DNA from: an uncultured Pelagibacteraceae bacterium
GTDB taxonomy: Bacteria > Pseudomonadota > Alphaproteobacteria > Pelagibacterales > AG-422-B15
DNA length: 64,000 nucleotides
Direction: 5' to 3'
Assembly: GCA_902517885.1 (NCBI GenBank)
Contig: CABYDZ010000005.1
Span: 2,893 to 66,892 of the forward strand
A program made the translations under genes and the position numbers. Positions 10,815-21,886 of this stretch are shown here, in pieces (position 1 is the stretch's first letter; each line of letters begins with the position of its first letter). The notes below the pieces were generated by a model. The model saw only the letters and a list, made by a program, of their open reading frames with translations, did not search any database and was not told the origin of the DNA.

Positions 10815-11379
10815 AAAACCTATTGGGGTTTTTATATCAGGCAGGGGTTCTAACTTAGAATCGATTATCAATGCTTGCAAAGATGAAAACTTTCCAGCAA
10901 AAGTTGTATGTGTTTTTTCTGACAATGCTAATGCAGTAGGTCTTCAATTTGCATCAAAAAATAATATTGATACTCATACTCTAGATTTAAATAATTTTGC
11001 GAGCAAGGAACATTATGAAGAAGAGATTCTTAAACTACTAAAACCTTATAATATTGAGCTGATTTGTCTTGCGGGATATATGAAAATAATTACCGATAAA
11101 TTAATTAATAGCTTTCCAAACAGAATAATAAACATACACCCCTCCCTTCTTCCTAAATTTAAAGGCCTTAATACTCACCAGAGAGCGTTGGATGCGCAAG
11201 AAGTGGAGTCAGGATGCAGTGTGCATTATGTAAATAATAAAGTAGATGATGGAAAAATCATTATGCAAACTTCTGTTGCTATTGAAAAGACGGATAATGC
11301 AGATACATTGTCAAAAAAAGTTCTAAAAGCAGAACACGAGCTTTACCCTGCTTCCATAATAAAATTACTTAGGAAATAA
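10807..11379 (+). CDS. purN: phosphoribosylglycinamide formyltransferase
   Basis: [40 protein letters not shown] motifs. The ORF-track start at 10798 is a TTG; the first ATG is 10807. Confidence 0.95.
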   Translation: MNKKPIGVFISGRGSNLESIINACKDENFPAKVVCVFSDNANAVGLQFASKNNIDTHTLDLNNFASKEHYEEEILKLLKPYNIELICLAGYMKIITDKLINSFPNRIINIHPSLLPKFKGLNTHQRALDAQEVESGCSVHYVNNKVDDGKIIMQTSVAIEKTDNADTLSKKVLKAEHELYPASIIKLLRK

Positions 11380-11791
11380 TATCTTCTTCTGAAAAAAAGT
11401 GACTTATCTCAATTTTTGCATTTTCAAGGCTGTCAGAGCCATGAACGGAGTTCTTTTCTAATGATAATGCATATTTTTTTCTTATTGTGCCTTCAGCGGC
11501 CTCTTCAGGATTAGTAGCTCCCATAATTTCTCTATTTCTTTTTACAGCATTTTCCCCTTCAAGAACCTGAACTACAATTGGCCCTGAACACATAAAATCA
11601 CACAAACTTTGAAAAAAAGGTCTCTCTTTATGAACCTCATAAAATTGTGAAGCTTTTGCTTGATCTAGCTTTAACCTCTTAGAAGCGACAACCCTCAATC
11701 CTGCATTTTCTAGCATTGCAGTGATTTCACCTATTTTATTTCTTTCAACTGCATCTGGCTTAATAATTGAAAATGTTCTTTCAGTACTCAT
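11369..11791 (-). CDS. ndk: nucleoside-diphosphate kinase
   Basis: 140 aa. [12 protein letters not shown]..., NSVHGSDS active-site His motif. Confidence 0.97.
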   Translation of the reverse strand: MSTERTFSIIKPDAVERNKIGEITAMLENAGLRVVASKRLKLDQAKASQFYEVHKERPFFQSLCDFMCSGPIVVQVLEGENAVKRNREIMGATNPEEAAEGTIRKKYALSLEKNSVHGSDSLENAKIEISHFFSEEDIIS

Positions 11792-13302
11792 TATTTACCC
11801 TCATGATATTTTGATACAAATTTGTTAAGAAGCTTTACTCCAAAAGCCGTTGCTCCTTTTGGAGATGTCGGTAAATTTGTTTTTGACCATGTTGTTCCAG
11901 CAATGTCTAAATGTGCCCAAGGGACCTTATTAACAAATCTTTGTAAAAACTGAGCTGCAGTAATAGAACCTGCACCTCTTCCACTGGAAATGTTTTGCAT
12001 ATCTGCAATTGGTGAATTTATCATTTTATCAAATTTATCATGAAGTGGAAATCTCCATAGCTTCTCATCTTCAATTTTGCCAGCATCTTCCAGCTGTTTA
12101 CTTAATTTGTCGTTATTGGAAAATAATCCAGCATATTCATTACCGATTGCGATAATTATTGCTCCAGTCAAGGTAGCTAAATCAACCATTAACTCAGGCT
12201 TGTATTTCTCTTGGGTATACCAGAGAGCGTCGGCAAGCACCAGCCTGCCTTCAGCGTCAGTATTTAAAACCTCTATTGTTTGACCTGAATAAGATTTTAC
12301 TACATCACTTGGTCTTGTTGCCATATTTCCAATGTGGTTTTCGACAAGACCCACAACACCTATTACATTAGCCTTAGCTTTTCTAAGGGCCAATGTCTTC
12401 ATTAAACCAATAACAACACCTGAGCCTCCCATATCATATTTCATTTCTTCCATTCCACCTGCAGGTTTAAGTGAAACCCCACCTGTATCAAATGATACTC
12501 CTTTACCTATAAACGCGATTGGTTTTTTCTTTTTATTTTTATGACCTTTCCATTCCATGATGGCCAGTTTGGACTCGTGTTCACTTCCACGGCCAACACT
12601 AAGTAAAGATCCCATGCCTAATTTGCTCATTTCTTTTTCACCAAGAATCGTAACTTTAACACCTATTTTTTCAAGCGAGGCAGCATTTTTAGCCAATTCA
12701 GGTGGCGTCATAACATTTGGGGGTTCCGTAACAAGATTTCTGGTCATAGTTACGCCCTCATGAATCGCTTTTACTGTTTCATAGTTTTTTTCTAATCTTG
12801 AAAATTGAGATGAGTAAATTTTGATTTTTGTTTTTATGCTTGTTTTTTTTGTATCTCTTTTAGAAAAATATTTTTTGAACTTGTAAGATGATAATAAAAA
12901 TCCCAGTAACAACTCACTTGTAGAATTTACAAAGCTTAATTTGGATGCATTAACTCCATCAGGATAAATGACAACGTTGTGTTCTTTATAAAATTTTATA
13001 AGCGTTAGGAGGCTTCCCCCCAAAATCTGAAAGTCTCTACTTTTAGCGTTATTTATTTTTTTTAATTTAAATATATATAGCTTTGACAAGCTAACATTCT
13101 GTGGAGCATGAACAATCAAGTAGTCAAAATTTTTTGATTTTCTTGATTTAAATGACTCATCAGAATTAATTGTATTTGATAGGTGTTTTTTTGAGAGTTG
13201 GTCTAATTTTTTGCCATAACCTATCAACTTACAATTATGATCACAGAATATAATACCGATGGCACCTTTTTCTTGTTTTATGTTATTAAATTGAATATCC
13301 AT
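11791..13302 (-). CDS. pepA: leucyl aminopeptidase (M17)
   Basis: 503 aa. [17 protein letters not shown] and [12 protein letters not shown] motifs. Divergent from lptFG, as in many Proteobacteria. Confidence 0.95.
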   Translation of the reverse strand: MDIQFNNIKQEKGAIGIIFCDHNCKLIGYGKKLDQLSKKHLSNTINSDESFKSRKSKNFDYLIVHAPQNVSLSKLYIFKLKKINNAKSRDFQILGGSLLTLIKFYKEHNVVIYPDGVNASKLSFVNSTSELLLGFLLSSYKFKKYFSKRDTKKTSIKTKIKIYSSQFSRLEKNYETVKAIHEGVTMTRNLVTEPPNVMTPPELAKNAASLEKIGVKVTILGEKEMSKLGMGSLLSVGRGSEHESKLAIMEWKGHKNKKKKPIAFIGKGVSFDTGGVSLKPAGGMEEMKYDMGGSGVVIGLMKTLALRKAKANVIGVVGLVENHIGNMATRPSDVVKSYSGQTIEVLNTDAEGRLVLADALWYTQEKYKPELMVDLATLTGAIIIAIGNEYAGLFSNNDKLSKQLEDAGKIEDEKLWRFPLHDKFDKMINSPIADMQNISSGRGAGSITAAQFLQRFVNKVPWAHLDIAGTTWSKTNLPTSPKGATAFGVKLLNKFVSKYHEGK

Positions 13303-13342
13303 ACATATATACCTTTAAAAAAATATTGATATAATTGAGAAA

Positions 13343-14458
13343 ATGTCAAGATTTACAACATATGCGATTAAAGAAATCACTTCAAGTTTTTTGTTTCTAT
13401 CAATATTATTAACTGGGGTAATATGGTTAGGACAAGGGTTGAGACATATTGACCTACTTACTACTAATAATGTTTCTATTGAAACTTATGTTTCGTATGT
13501 GATTCTTTTATTGCCAAAAATAATCCTTTTAACTTTTCCAATATGTGTATTTTTATCTATCCTATTTAATCTAAATAGGCTTCGTAATGATAGTGAACTA
13601 ATAATACTTGGGACTTCAGGCAAATCTGAAAAAAGTATTTTAATAAAGCCAATAATTTTATTTTCTTCTTTGATATTTCTAGTAGTTTTATTTTTTAGTC
13701 TTTTTTTGACACCTAACTCATTAAAAGAACTTAGGTATAAAATTATTGAAATAAGATCCTCTGGCATTCACGCATCTTTATTAAAAGAAAAAAAGTTTAT
13801 TTCACCTACAAATAATTTTACTATTTTCTTACAGGAGAAAAAGAATAATGAGATATTTGGACTTTTAATACATGACCAAAGCAATGTTAATAGACCTCAG
13901 ACTTATATAGCTGAGAAAGGAAAATTTATTACAAGTGATAATGTAAGTTTTTTAAAATTATTTAATGGCTCTATACAAATATATGATAGTGACGTAGATC
14001 GAGTATCAGAGGTTGCTTTTGACACTTATAATCTAGATCTGACTCCCTACAATAAGAAGGAAGATTCACATATTTATTCCGATGAACTATCTACAGGTGA
14101 CATAAGAAATAACTTAAGAGATATCCCAGCTAGCAGTTATTCAAAATATCAAAAAGAGCAATTTGCCGAATTTCACAAAAGGTTTATCAACCCAATATAC
14201 ATAATATTTTATGCATTGCTACCACTACTTATGATTAATTTTTCAAAGAGACCTGACGATAGCTGGCGTTACCCTATTATTACTGTTTCAGCTATAGCTT
14301 TTGCAATTCAAATATTTCAAATTACATTTTCAAATTTACTAATTGATAATAGTCAATTAATTGCATTTTATTACGCTTTTCCTCTAATATTGATTTTTAT
14401 AACGATAATATATCTATATAAAGATTTCATATCTTTGCTAAGTAATCAAAATGTTTAA
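13343..14458 (+). CDS. lptF: LPS export ABC transporter permease LptF
   Basis: 371 aa. YjgP/YjgQ-type topology: three N-terminal TM segments, a periplasmic domain, then C-terminal TM segments. First of a tandem pair followed by lptD. Confidence 0.85.
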   Translation: MSRFTTYAIKEITSSFLFLSILLTGVIWLGQGLRHIDLLTTNNVSIETYVSYVILLLPKIILLTFPICVFLSILFNLNRLRNDSELIILGTSGKSEKSILIKPIILFSSLIFLVVLFFSLFLTPNSLKELRYKIIEIRSSGIHASLLKEKKFISPTNNFTIFLQEKKNNEIFGLLIHDQSNVNRPQTYIAEKGKFITSDNVSFLKLFNGSIQIYDSDVDRVSEVAFDTYNLDLTPYNKKEDSHIYSDELSTGDIRNNLRDIPASSYSKYQKEQFAEFHKRFINPIYIIFYALLPLLMINFSKRPDDSWRYPIITVSAIAFAIQIFQITFSNLLIDNSQLIAFYYAFPLILIFITIIYLYKDFISLLSNQNV

Positions 14459-15560
14459 TAAAATAAGTTATTATATATTAAAAAAGTTCCTTTATTCGTT
14501 TTTAATAACATTCATCATATTAGCCTCTATTCTATTTATTGGAGATTTTGTTGAGCAATTTAGAAAGACTGCAGGCAAAAATGTTCCTCTTAATATTATA
14601 TTACAACTAACGCTATTTAATTTTCCTAATCTAATTACTTATACATTGCCAATAACTTCTTTTTTTTCGTCTATTTTAGCTCTATTAATTTTGATTAGAA
14701 ATTCAGAGCTGATAGTAATTAGTGGTGTGGGCATCTCAAATTTAAAGTCTATTCTTCCAGCTTTAATACTTCATTTTTTTATTGGCATTATTTTCATCAC
14801 ATTAGCTAACCCACTGATTGCAATATTTGACGATAGATACTCTGACTTAAAATATGAATATATAGATCGAGTTGATAAATTTGCGTCTATTACTAAAAAT
14901 GGTCTTTGGCTCAAACAAGATAATTATGAAACAAACCTGACAAGTGTACTTTATGCCAAAAGTACTGAGAAAGAAGGCAAAGTCTTAAATTCTTTCATGC
15001 TATTAGAGTACGATGATAAAGGAGCTTTTAATGGGAGAATTGATGGGAAAAAAGCTGAGCTTGAAGAGGGATATTGGAAGATGTTTGAAATTCAAATCAC
15101 ACCGAGATACGGTGAAGCAACTTATCAAAATAACCTTAGTTATAAGACCAACATTAAACCTGAAGATATATCAGATAGCCTTTCCTCACCCTCTAGTATT
15201 TCCATCTGGCGCTTATTGACGTTTATTAGCTTTTTAGAAGAATTAGGTTATTCTGCAATTGATTTCAAAATGCACTTATATAGCCTTATTAGCCTTCCTT
15301 TTTTCATTTCAGCTCTTGTTCTATTAGCATTCTGTATAGTTCAAGGGATTAAGCAAAATGATAAATTTTCTAAAATCATATTTGGTTCATTAATTGTAAT
15401 ATTTTTCTTATACTTTATATCTAACTTGCTTAATGCCTTGGGATCAACTTCTCAGATTCATCCAATTGTTGCTAATTTTAGCATGCCCGTTATTACATTT
15501 ACGATAGCGATATTTATTTATCAATACTGGGAACTACAGAGAAAAAAGATTTTTAAATGA
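14451..15560 (+). CDS. lptG: LPS export ABC transporter permease LptG
   Basis: 369 aa paralogue of the preceding gene with 8-nt overlap. Same YjgP/YjgQ architecture. Confidence 0.85.
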   Translation: MFNKISYYILKKFLYSFLITFIILASILFIGDFVEQFRKTAGKNVPLNIILQLTLFNFPNLITYTLPITSFFSSILALLILIRNSELIVISGVGISNLKSILPALILHFFIGIIFITLANPLIAIFDDRYSDLKYEYIDRVDKFASITKNGLWLKQDNYETNLTSVLYAKSTEKEGKVLNSFMLLEYDDKGAFNGRIDGKKAELEEGYWKMFEIQITPRYGEATYQNNLSYKTNIKPEDISDSLSSPSSISIWRLLTFISFLEELGYSAIDFKMHLYSLISLPFFISALVLLAFCIVQGIKQNDKFSKIIFGSLIVIFFLYFISNLLNALGSTSQIHPIVANFSMPVITFTIAIFIYQYWELQRKKIFK

Positions 15561-17644
15561 ACTTAATGCAGAAAAAAAATGTTTTCTTAGCACTCACTAT
15601 ATCCTTAGTTATTCTTTTGCTTTGTTATAATGTGATCAATGCTGAAGAAAAAATTAAAATTTATGCTGACGAAGTTAGAGTGGATGAGGTCAATGAAAAA
15701 GTAACAGCTACAGGAAATGCTGTTGCTGTTAATGAAGATAACATAAAAATTAAATCTGACAACTTAATATACAACAAAAGTATAAATTATCTAGAAGCTA
15801 ATGGGAATGTCATAATAAATGATCAAATGAAAAATACTTTTTTTCTTGATGAACTAAATGCATCAAATAATTTTAATACTATTTCTGGAAAGTCTGTAAA
15901 AGCAAGACTTCATGACGATTCAAGAATTGTTGGCTCCAATTTTGATAAAAAAGATAAAATTAGTATTGCTGAAAATGCTGAATATACTCCATGCATAAAA
16001 GAAAATTATTTAATAAAAAATTGTCCTGGCTGGAAACTTAAGTCTAAAAAGATATACCACGATAGTGAAAATAGAATGATTCACTACGATCACGCTCAAA
16101 TTCAATTATTTAATGTTCCAGTATTTTATTTGCCTTATTTTTCTCACCCAGATCCGTCAGTAAAAAAAAGATCTGGATTTTTGATGCCTACTATTCAAAC
16201 TGATAATCAACTAGGTGAAACTTTTTCAATACCAATTTTTATAAATCTAAACAGCAACCGCGACCTTACATTTACCCCGAACATTCAAACTACTGCTAAT
16301 AATTTTTATAATTTAGATTATAGGCATCTTAACGATTCATTTGATCTGGAAATTAACTCAAGCATTGATGATAATAACGATAATACTGGAACTAGTAATC
16401 ATCTATTCTTTGAAAGTGAAATATTTAATTCTTACGGAAATTTAAATACATATCTAAGGACAAGCAACAATGATACTTATATGCGAAAAAATAATATAAA
16501 TAACCTTACGGTATTAAAATCAGGAATAGAGTTTGATAGAGAATTAAATGATACTTTTTTTTCAATTGAAACAATTGGATACAAACATTTAACAGTAGAC
16601 GACCAGCAATGGGAATATTTATATCCAAATATAGTTTATGATATAAACAATATTGATAACAACATTTTTGATGGAAATGTGTCACTTAATAATAAATTCT
16701 CATTTAGAAAGAATCTAAATGAAAACTATGTATCTCTTGCTTCCTCTCAACTCAATTGGACGAAACAAAAAATAAATAAAAATTTAGGATTAATTTTTGA
16801 TAATGAAGCAAATCTTAGAGTTGCCTCAATTTCAATTGATGAAAAATCAAGGTCTGATTCAAGCAATATACGCTTCTATCCTCAACTAAGCTCAAAAATT
16901 TCATATCCTTTGTTAAAATCTTCTACATTATTTAATCAAACTGTAACTCCTATCATCATGCCAATAATCGCCCCCTATAATAACTACACAGAAGCCCAGG
17001 AGGTTACTAACAGTAATTTATTTTCAACGAATAGGGCTACTTCTATCAGTGAATGGGAAAGCGGGCCTAGAATAAATTACGGCATTGAATGGTTTATTAA
17101 TTCAGAAAAGAATACTGACATTAGAACGGTTATTGGCCAAAACTATCGTTTCAATAAACTTAGAGATGATACAGCTGCGGAAATATCTGATTATTTTATA
17201 AATTCAAATATTAATATAAATTTAGAGAATTATTTAGATGGCTCACTCATAATAGATAGAGATGATCTAAAGATAAGGTCTTTGAATGCTAATTCATTTA
17301 ATAAATTTGGTGATTTAATATTTGCTATTAATTACGATTATACTTCTGGCAAGTATAATAGCACTGCAGAACAAGTAGCAGTTGGAGGAAAATATGAATT
17401 AGAAAATAATTTATTTATAAGATTTACAGGGGCTAAAAACTTAGATTCAAACAAAAATATAGGCTACCAATATGGTGTTTTGTATGAAAATGATTGCCTG
17501 GGAATTGACTTTAATTATTATAGAGATCTTACAAAGGATAGGGATATCAAGGAAAGTGATGGGTTTAGCTTTACAGTAGTGCTGAAACCATTTGGCTCAA
17601 CCAATAATTATGGAAAAAATAAAGTATTTGGACCTAGAATTTAA
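15557..17644 (+). CDS. lptD: LPS-assembly outer-membrane protein LptD
   Basis: 695 aa. Signal peptide, OstA-like N-domain (IYADEVRVDE..VTATGNAV...ANGNVII), long beta-rich C-terminal region. ATGA overlap with lptG. Confidence 0.85.
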   Translation: MNLMQKKNVFLALTISLVILLLCYNVINAEEKIKIYADEVRVDEVNEKVTATGNAVAVNEDNIKIKSDNLIYNKSINYLEANGNVIINDQMKNTFFLDELNASNNFNTISGKSVKARLHDDSRIVGSNFDKKDKISIAENAEYTPCIKENYLIKNCPGWKLKSKKIYHDSENRMIHYDHAQIQLFNVPVFYLPYFSHPDPSVKKRSGFLMPTIQTDNQLGETFSIPIFINLNSNRDLTFTPNIQTTANNFYNLDYRHLNDSFDLEINSSIDDNNDNTGTSNHLFFESEIFNSYGNLNTYLRTSNNDTYMRKNNINNLTVLKSGIEFDRELNDTFFSIETIGYKHLTVDDQQWEYLYPNIVYDINNIDNNIFDGNVSLNNKFSFRKNLNENYVSLASSQLNWTKQKINKNLGLIFDNEANLRVASISIDEKSRSDSSNIRFYPQLSSKISYPLLKSSTLFNQTVTPIIMPIIAPYNNYTEAQEVTNSNLFSTNRATSISEWESGPRINYGIEWFINSEKNTDIRTVIGQNYRFNKLRDDTAAEISDYFINSNININLENYLDGSLIIDRDDLKIRSLNANSFNKFGDLIFAINYDYTSGKYNSTAEQVAVGGKYELENNLFIRFTGAKNLDSNKNIGYQYGVLYENDCLGIDFNYYRDLTKDRDIKESDGFSFTVVLKPFGSTNNYGKNKVFGPRI

Positions 17645-17652
17645 TATTTAAA

Positions 17653-18264
17653 ATGAACATTTTAAATAGAACATTACTAATTATATTTTTTTTTCAATCA
17701 TTTGGCTTAAATTCAAATGCATTTAATGCTAATGATCATAGAATAGCAGTACTCGTAAATGACCAACTTATTACATCTTATGATGTTGTGCAAAGAATGA
17801 AGTTGAGCGCAATATTATCAGGCATTAACATTACTGCTGAAAATAAAAATCAATTATTAAATTCAGTAATAGATGAATTAATTAAAGAAAGTCTAAAAAA
17901 CCAAAAAATAAATGAATATGATATTTCTGTAAGTGAAGAAGAATATTTAAATCAAGAATTGCTTTTTTACCAAAATAATCCAATTAATAAAGATGATCTT
18001 ATCAAAGTATTTGAATTGAATAATATCAAATATAATGAGTTTAAAAAATATTTGATTAATGGGATTTCCTGGCAGAAGTTGATTTCAGGAATATATTATC
18101 GCTTAACATCTACGAGTGAGATTGAAATTGAAGAGATTATTATGAAGAATCCAAATATGTCAGAAGAGGCGGCTAGAGAATTAATTGTGCAAAAACAATT
18201 AGATTTAAAAAGTAATAAAATGATAAGAGACCTGGTTAATGAAGCCACAATTGAATATAAATAA
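17653..18264 (+). CDS. surA: SurA N-terminal-domain chaperone (no PPIase domain)
   Basis: 203 aa. Signal peptide, then IAVLVNDQLITSYDVVQRMKL... typical of the SurA N-domain. Sits in the conserved lptD-surA-rsmA position. No parvulin-type segment recognisable. Confidence 0.7.
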   Translation: MNILNRTLLIIFFFQSFGLNSNAFNANDHRIAVLVNDQLITSYDVVQRMKLSAILSGINITAENKNQLLNSVIDELIKESLKNQKINEYDISVSEEEYLNQELLFYQNNPINKDDLIKVFELNNIKYNEFKKYLINGISWQKLISGIYYRLTSTSEIEIEEIIMKNPNMSEEAARELIVQKQLDLKSNKMIRDLVNEATIEYK

Positions 18265-19030
18265 CTCTTTCCCAAAAAAATCTCTTGGTCAAAACTTTAT
18301 TCAAAATAAAGATTTTATTTTTAAATTAAGTGAATTAATTCAAAGCGATAATGATACTAATATTTTTGAAATTGGTCCTGGCATGGGAGCTTTGACAGAA
18401 CAATTAGTAAAAAAGAAATTTAGGAACTTATATTTAATTGAGAAAGATTTTTTATTATTTCAGAAACTTAAAGATAGGTTCAAAAAAGAAGGTAATATAT
18501 TTGCATCTAACAGTGATGCGCTTGATTATAATTATGAGGCTATAAATAAAAATCAAAAATCAATAATTGTAGGAAATTTACCTTTTAATATATCTTCTCC
18601 ACTTCTTATAAATTGGATTGTCAATTATAATTGGCCTCCATTTTATAGCAAGATGGTATTAATGTTTCAAAAAGAAGTTGCTAACCGAATAATCTCTAGA
18701 CACAATCAAAAAAGTTACAGTCGTATATCTGTTATATCTCAAGCCCGCTGTGAAATAAAAGTACTTTTAGATGCACCTTCAAATATCTTTTTCCCAAAGC
18801 CAAAAGTTGATGGAACTATTCTTGAATTTACTCCAATTACTAAGTATTTAGATATTAATATCTCAAATTTACAAAAGTTACTTAGAAAATCTTTTGAACA
18901 CAGAAGAAAGAAAATTAAAACCAGTTTAAAAGATTATGACCACCTTTTAAAAAAATTTGGTATTGATGACGGATTAAGGGCAGAAAATCTATCGGTAGAT
19001 GATTATTGTAAGTTGGCTTCAGCTATTTAA
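18239..19030 (+). CDS. rsmA: 16S rRNA (adenine1518/1519-N6)-dimethyltransferase
   Basis: KKSLGQNFI, EIGPGMGALT, VGNLPFNISSP motifs. 263 aa. Confidence 0.93.
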   Translation: MKPQLNINNSFPKKSLGQNFIQNKDFIFKLSELIQSDNDTNIFEIGPGMGALTEQLVKKKFRNLYLIEKDFLLFQKLKDRFKKEGNIFASNSDALDYNYEAINKNQKSIIVGNLPFNISSPLLINWIVNYNWPPFYSKMVLMFQKEVANRIISRHNQKSYSRISVISQARCEIKVLLDAPSNIFFPKPKVDGTILEFTPITKYLDINISNLQKLLRKSFEHRRKKIKTSLKDYDHLLKKFGIDDGLRAENLSVDDYCKLASAI

Positions 19031-19618
19031 CTTTATCCTAGCTTCTAATATTATTTTCTTTATTTTTAATACGCATTCTTCAAATTTATCATTTTCAACA
19101 ATATATTCATATTCATTTTGATGACTCATTTCTGTTTCGTACATTTTCATTCTATATTGAATGGCTTGTTCGTTGTCTCCAGATTTTTCTGCCCTTGACT
19201 TAAGTCTTTCGTAGATAATCTCTTTTGATGGAGGAGTAATAAAAATAGTTAATAGATTTGGTTTGTTAGAGGCTTTAAGCTGAAGTGATCCTTGCCAATC
19301 TATGTCAAACAGAACATCAAATCCATTATCTAATGATTTTTGAACATCCTTGTGAAGTGACCCATAATAGTTACCAAAAACATTTGCATATTCAATGTAC
19401 TCATTATTCTTAATTCTGCGCTCAAACTCACTTTTTTCAATAAAGTTATAGTCTCTACCATTAGTTTCATTATCTCTGGGGGATCTTGTGGTGTCTGAAA
19501 TAGATATATTTAACTGAGGATCATCATTTAATAACTGTCTGCATATGGATGATTTTCCTGCTCCGGATGGAGATGATATCACAATAATCAATTTTTTTGA
19601 TCTACGGCTATTTGTCAT
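19019..19618 (-). CDS. gmk: guanylate kinase
   Basis: ISSPSGAGKSS P-loop, SDTTRSPR, YIEYANVFGNYYG. The ORF-track first codon (19621) is TTG; ATG at 19618. Confidence 0.95.
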   Translation of the reverse strand: MTNSRRSKKLIIVISSPSGAGKSSICRQLLNDDPQLNISISDTTRSPRDNETNGRDYNFIEKSEFERRIKNNEYIEYANVFGNYYGSLHKDVQKSLDNGFDVLFDIDWQGSLQLKASNKPNLLTIFITPPSKEIIYERLKSRAEKSGDNEQAIQYRMKMYETEMSHQNEYEYIVENDKFEECVLKIKKIILEARIKLNS

Positions 19619-20870
19619 CAAATTTAGAAAATATCAATGAAACATTTGTTCCACCAAAACCAAATGAATTTGATATTATATTAACGAGATTCATTTTTAG
19701 CGGTTTAGATTTAATAAAATTTATATTTTTTGTTTCCAACTCATTTTGTAAGTTTAAATTAACTGGCACGAGGCCGTTTTCTAAACACATAATAGAAAAA
19801 ATCGCCTCAACAGCTCCAGCGGCTCCCAATAAGTGGCCTATTTGAGATTTTGTTGATGATACGCATACTTTTACAGAGTTCTCTATGAATAATTTATCAA
19901 TAGCTGATGCTTCAGCTTTATCTCCTGCTGGAGTTGATGTGCCATGAGCATTTATGTATTGAATTTCATTTGGCTGAATTTTAGCATCCTCAATTGAGTT
20001 GTTCATGGCCCTATAAGCTCCATCACCTGAACTATCTGGCAAGGTATAATGGTATGCATCCGACGACATTCCATAGCCCTTAATTTCACACAGTATTTTT
20101 GCATTACGCTTAAGCGCATGATTTAGCTCTTCAAGAATAAGAACTGCACCACCCTCTCCCATAACAAAACCATCTCTTTCTTCGTCAAAAGGTCTAGAAG
20201 ATTTTGAAGGGTTATCATTAAATTTTGTACTTAATGCTCTACAAGCTGCAAAACCCTCTATTCCTATAGGGCTTATAGTCGCCTCTGATCCACCAGTCAT
20301 CATGACGTCAACCTGTCCATGCTGTATTAGGCGAAAAGATTCACCAATTGCATGCGCGGAAGAAGCACAAGCAGAAACTGTTGAGTAGTTTGGTCCTTTA
20401 AGATTATATTTTATTGATAAGTAGCCAGCTGGCATATTAATTATTCTGCCAGTTATAAAAAAAGGGCTAATTTTTTTTCCATTTGCATAATCAATAGATG
20501 TTTGTTCAATTCCTGGTAACCCCCCCATACCAGAGCCAATAATGCAGCCTGCACGAAAGGATTGCGGATCATTGATGGTGCCTAAATTACTTTCTTGAAA
20601 AGCTTCCTCGCCAGCAGCCATTGCGTACTTAATAAAATCGTCAATTTTTTTTATTTCCTTTCTCTCAATCCAGTCTTCTGCATTAAAAGTTCCATTTTCT
20701 CCATTACCGATAGGTACTTCACACGCAACTTGGCATTTATATTTCGTGGAATCAAATTTTGTAATTTTAGTAGCGCTCGATTTAGCAGAGATTAAACTAT
20801 TCCAGTTTTGTGATTTTCCACAACCAAAAGGGGTCACTAGCCCCATTCCGGTAACTACAACTCTCTTCAT
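19608..20870 (-). CDS. fabF: 3-oxoacyl-ACP synthase II
   Basis: 420 aa. MKRVVVTGMG, active-site ACASS, HGTSTPAGD, NSFGFGGTN. Confidence 0.95.
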   Translation of the reverse strand: MKRVVVTGMGLVTPFGCGKSQNWNSLISAKSSATKITKFDSTKYKCQVACEVPIGNGENGTFNAEDWIERKEIKKIDDFIKYAMAAGEEAFQESNLGTINDPQSFRAGCIIGSGMGGLPGIEQTSIDYANGKKISPFFITGRIINMPAGYLSIKYNLKGPNYSTVSACASSAHAIGESFRLIQHGQVDVMMTGGSEATISPIGIEGFAACRALSTKFNDNPSKSSRPFDEERDGFVMGEGGAVLILEELNHALKRNAKILCEIKGYGMSSDAYHYTLPDSSGDGAYRAMNNSIEDAKIQPNEIQYINAHGTSTPAGDKAEASAIDKLFIENSVKVCVSSTKSQIGHLLGAAGAVEAIFSIMCLENGLVPVNLNLQNELETKNINFIKSKPLKMNLVNIISNSFGFGGTNVSLIFSKFDDK

Positions 20871-20882
20871 TAAATTTTTTTT

Positions 20883-21116
20883 TTAGTCTGTTTCTAAATG
20901 AGATATTGCATCTCCAACAGTTAATATCGTTTCTGCTTTATCATCAGGAATTTCTACATCAAAAGCTTCTTCAAAGGCCATGACTAATTCAACAGTATCC
21001 AAACTATCTGCCCCTAAATCATCAATAAATTTAGCATCATCTGTGATTTTACTCATATCATCAATGCCTAAATGTTCAGCGATAATCTTTTTAACTTTGT
21101 CAGCAACTTCACTCAT
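20883..21116 (-). CDS. acpP: acyl carrier protein
   Basis: 77 aa. [18 protein letters not shown] phosphopantetheine-attachment motif. Confidence 0.97.
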   Translation of the reverse strand: MSEVADKVKKIIAEHLGIDDMSKITDDAKFIDDLGADSLDTVELVMAFEEAFDVEIPDDKAETILTVGDAISHLETD

Positions 21117-21164
21117 AAATACTCCTGTTTTAATATGTTAACATTTTGTTTAGTACGTTCTGCA

Positions 21165-21884
21165 TCACATTGTCAAGCCACCATTAACATGAAGCACTTG
21201 CCCTGTAATATAAGCTGATTCTTCCGAAGAAAGAAAATAAACTGCAGAGGCAATTTCATCAATTCTTCCCATTCTTCCAAGGGGAATTTTTTCTACCATA
21301 TTTTGCAATACTTTTTTATCAATTGTTTCAAGGATGTCAGTATCAACAAAACCTGGTGAAACACAGTTAACTGTTATACCTCTTGAAGCTACTTCATTTG
21401 CCAGTGTTCTTGTAAGGCCTTCAATTGCAGATTTAGAAGCAACATAATTTGCTTGACCAGCATTTCCAATCTTAGCGGCATCTGATGAAATATTGATAAT
21501 TCTTCCCCAGCGACTTTTTATCATGCCCTTTAAAATTTGTTTTGTTAGCTTAAAATTAGAATTTAAATTGATATTAATTACATCGTTCCATTCTTCATCT
21601 TTCATTCTTAAAAAAAGATTATCTTTAGTAATTCCTGCGTTGTTAATGAGTATATCAGTTGATCCATAATATTCATTAGACTGCTGGACTAGATTCTCTA
21701 TTTCTAATGCGTCGTTAAGGTTGCATGAGATACATTTAACTTTTCCTTTATAATTAACTGCAATTTCATTAAGTTTATCCATGTTAGTGCCTGTAACACA
21801 TAAATTGTAATTATTTTTGTAAAACAATTTTAAGACTGATGACCCTATTCCCCCTGTCGCTCCAGTAATTAAAACATTCTTCAT
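21165..21884 (-). CDS. fabG: 3-oxoacyl-ACP reductase
   Basis: 239 aa. TGATGGIGS, NNAGIT, YVASKSA (intact YxxxK), PGFVDT. Lies inside the fab cluster. Confidence 0.93.
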   Translation of the reverse strand: MKNVLITGATGGIGSSVLKLFYKNNYNLCVTGTNMDKLNEIAVNYKGKVKCISCNLNDALEIENLVQQSNEYYGSTDILINNAGITKDNLFLRMKDEEWNDVININLNSNFKLTKQILKGMIKSRWGRIINISSDAAKIGNAGQANYVASKSAIEGLTRTLANEVASRGITVNCVSPGFVDTDILETIDKKVLQNMVEKIPLGRMGRIDEIASAVYFLSSEESAYITGQVLHVNGGLTM

Positions 21885-21886
21885 AA

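Noticed and set aside
21135-21144. Perfect 10-bp palindrome ATGTTAACAT in the fabG/acpP spacer.
   Set aside because: It is short and A+T-rich, and the chance expectation in a 48-bp spacer is not negligible. I can tie no known regulator motif to it.
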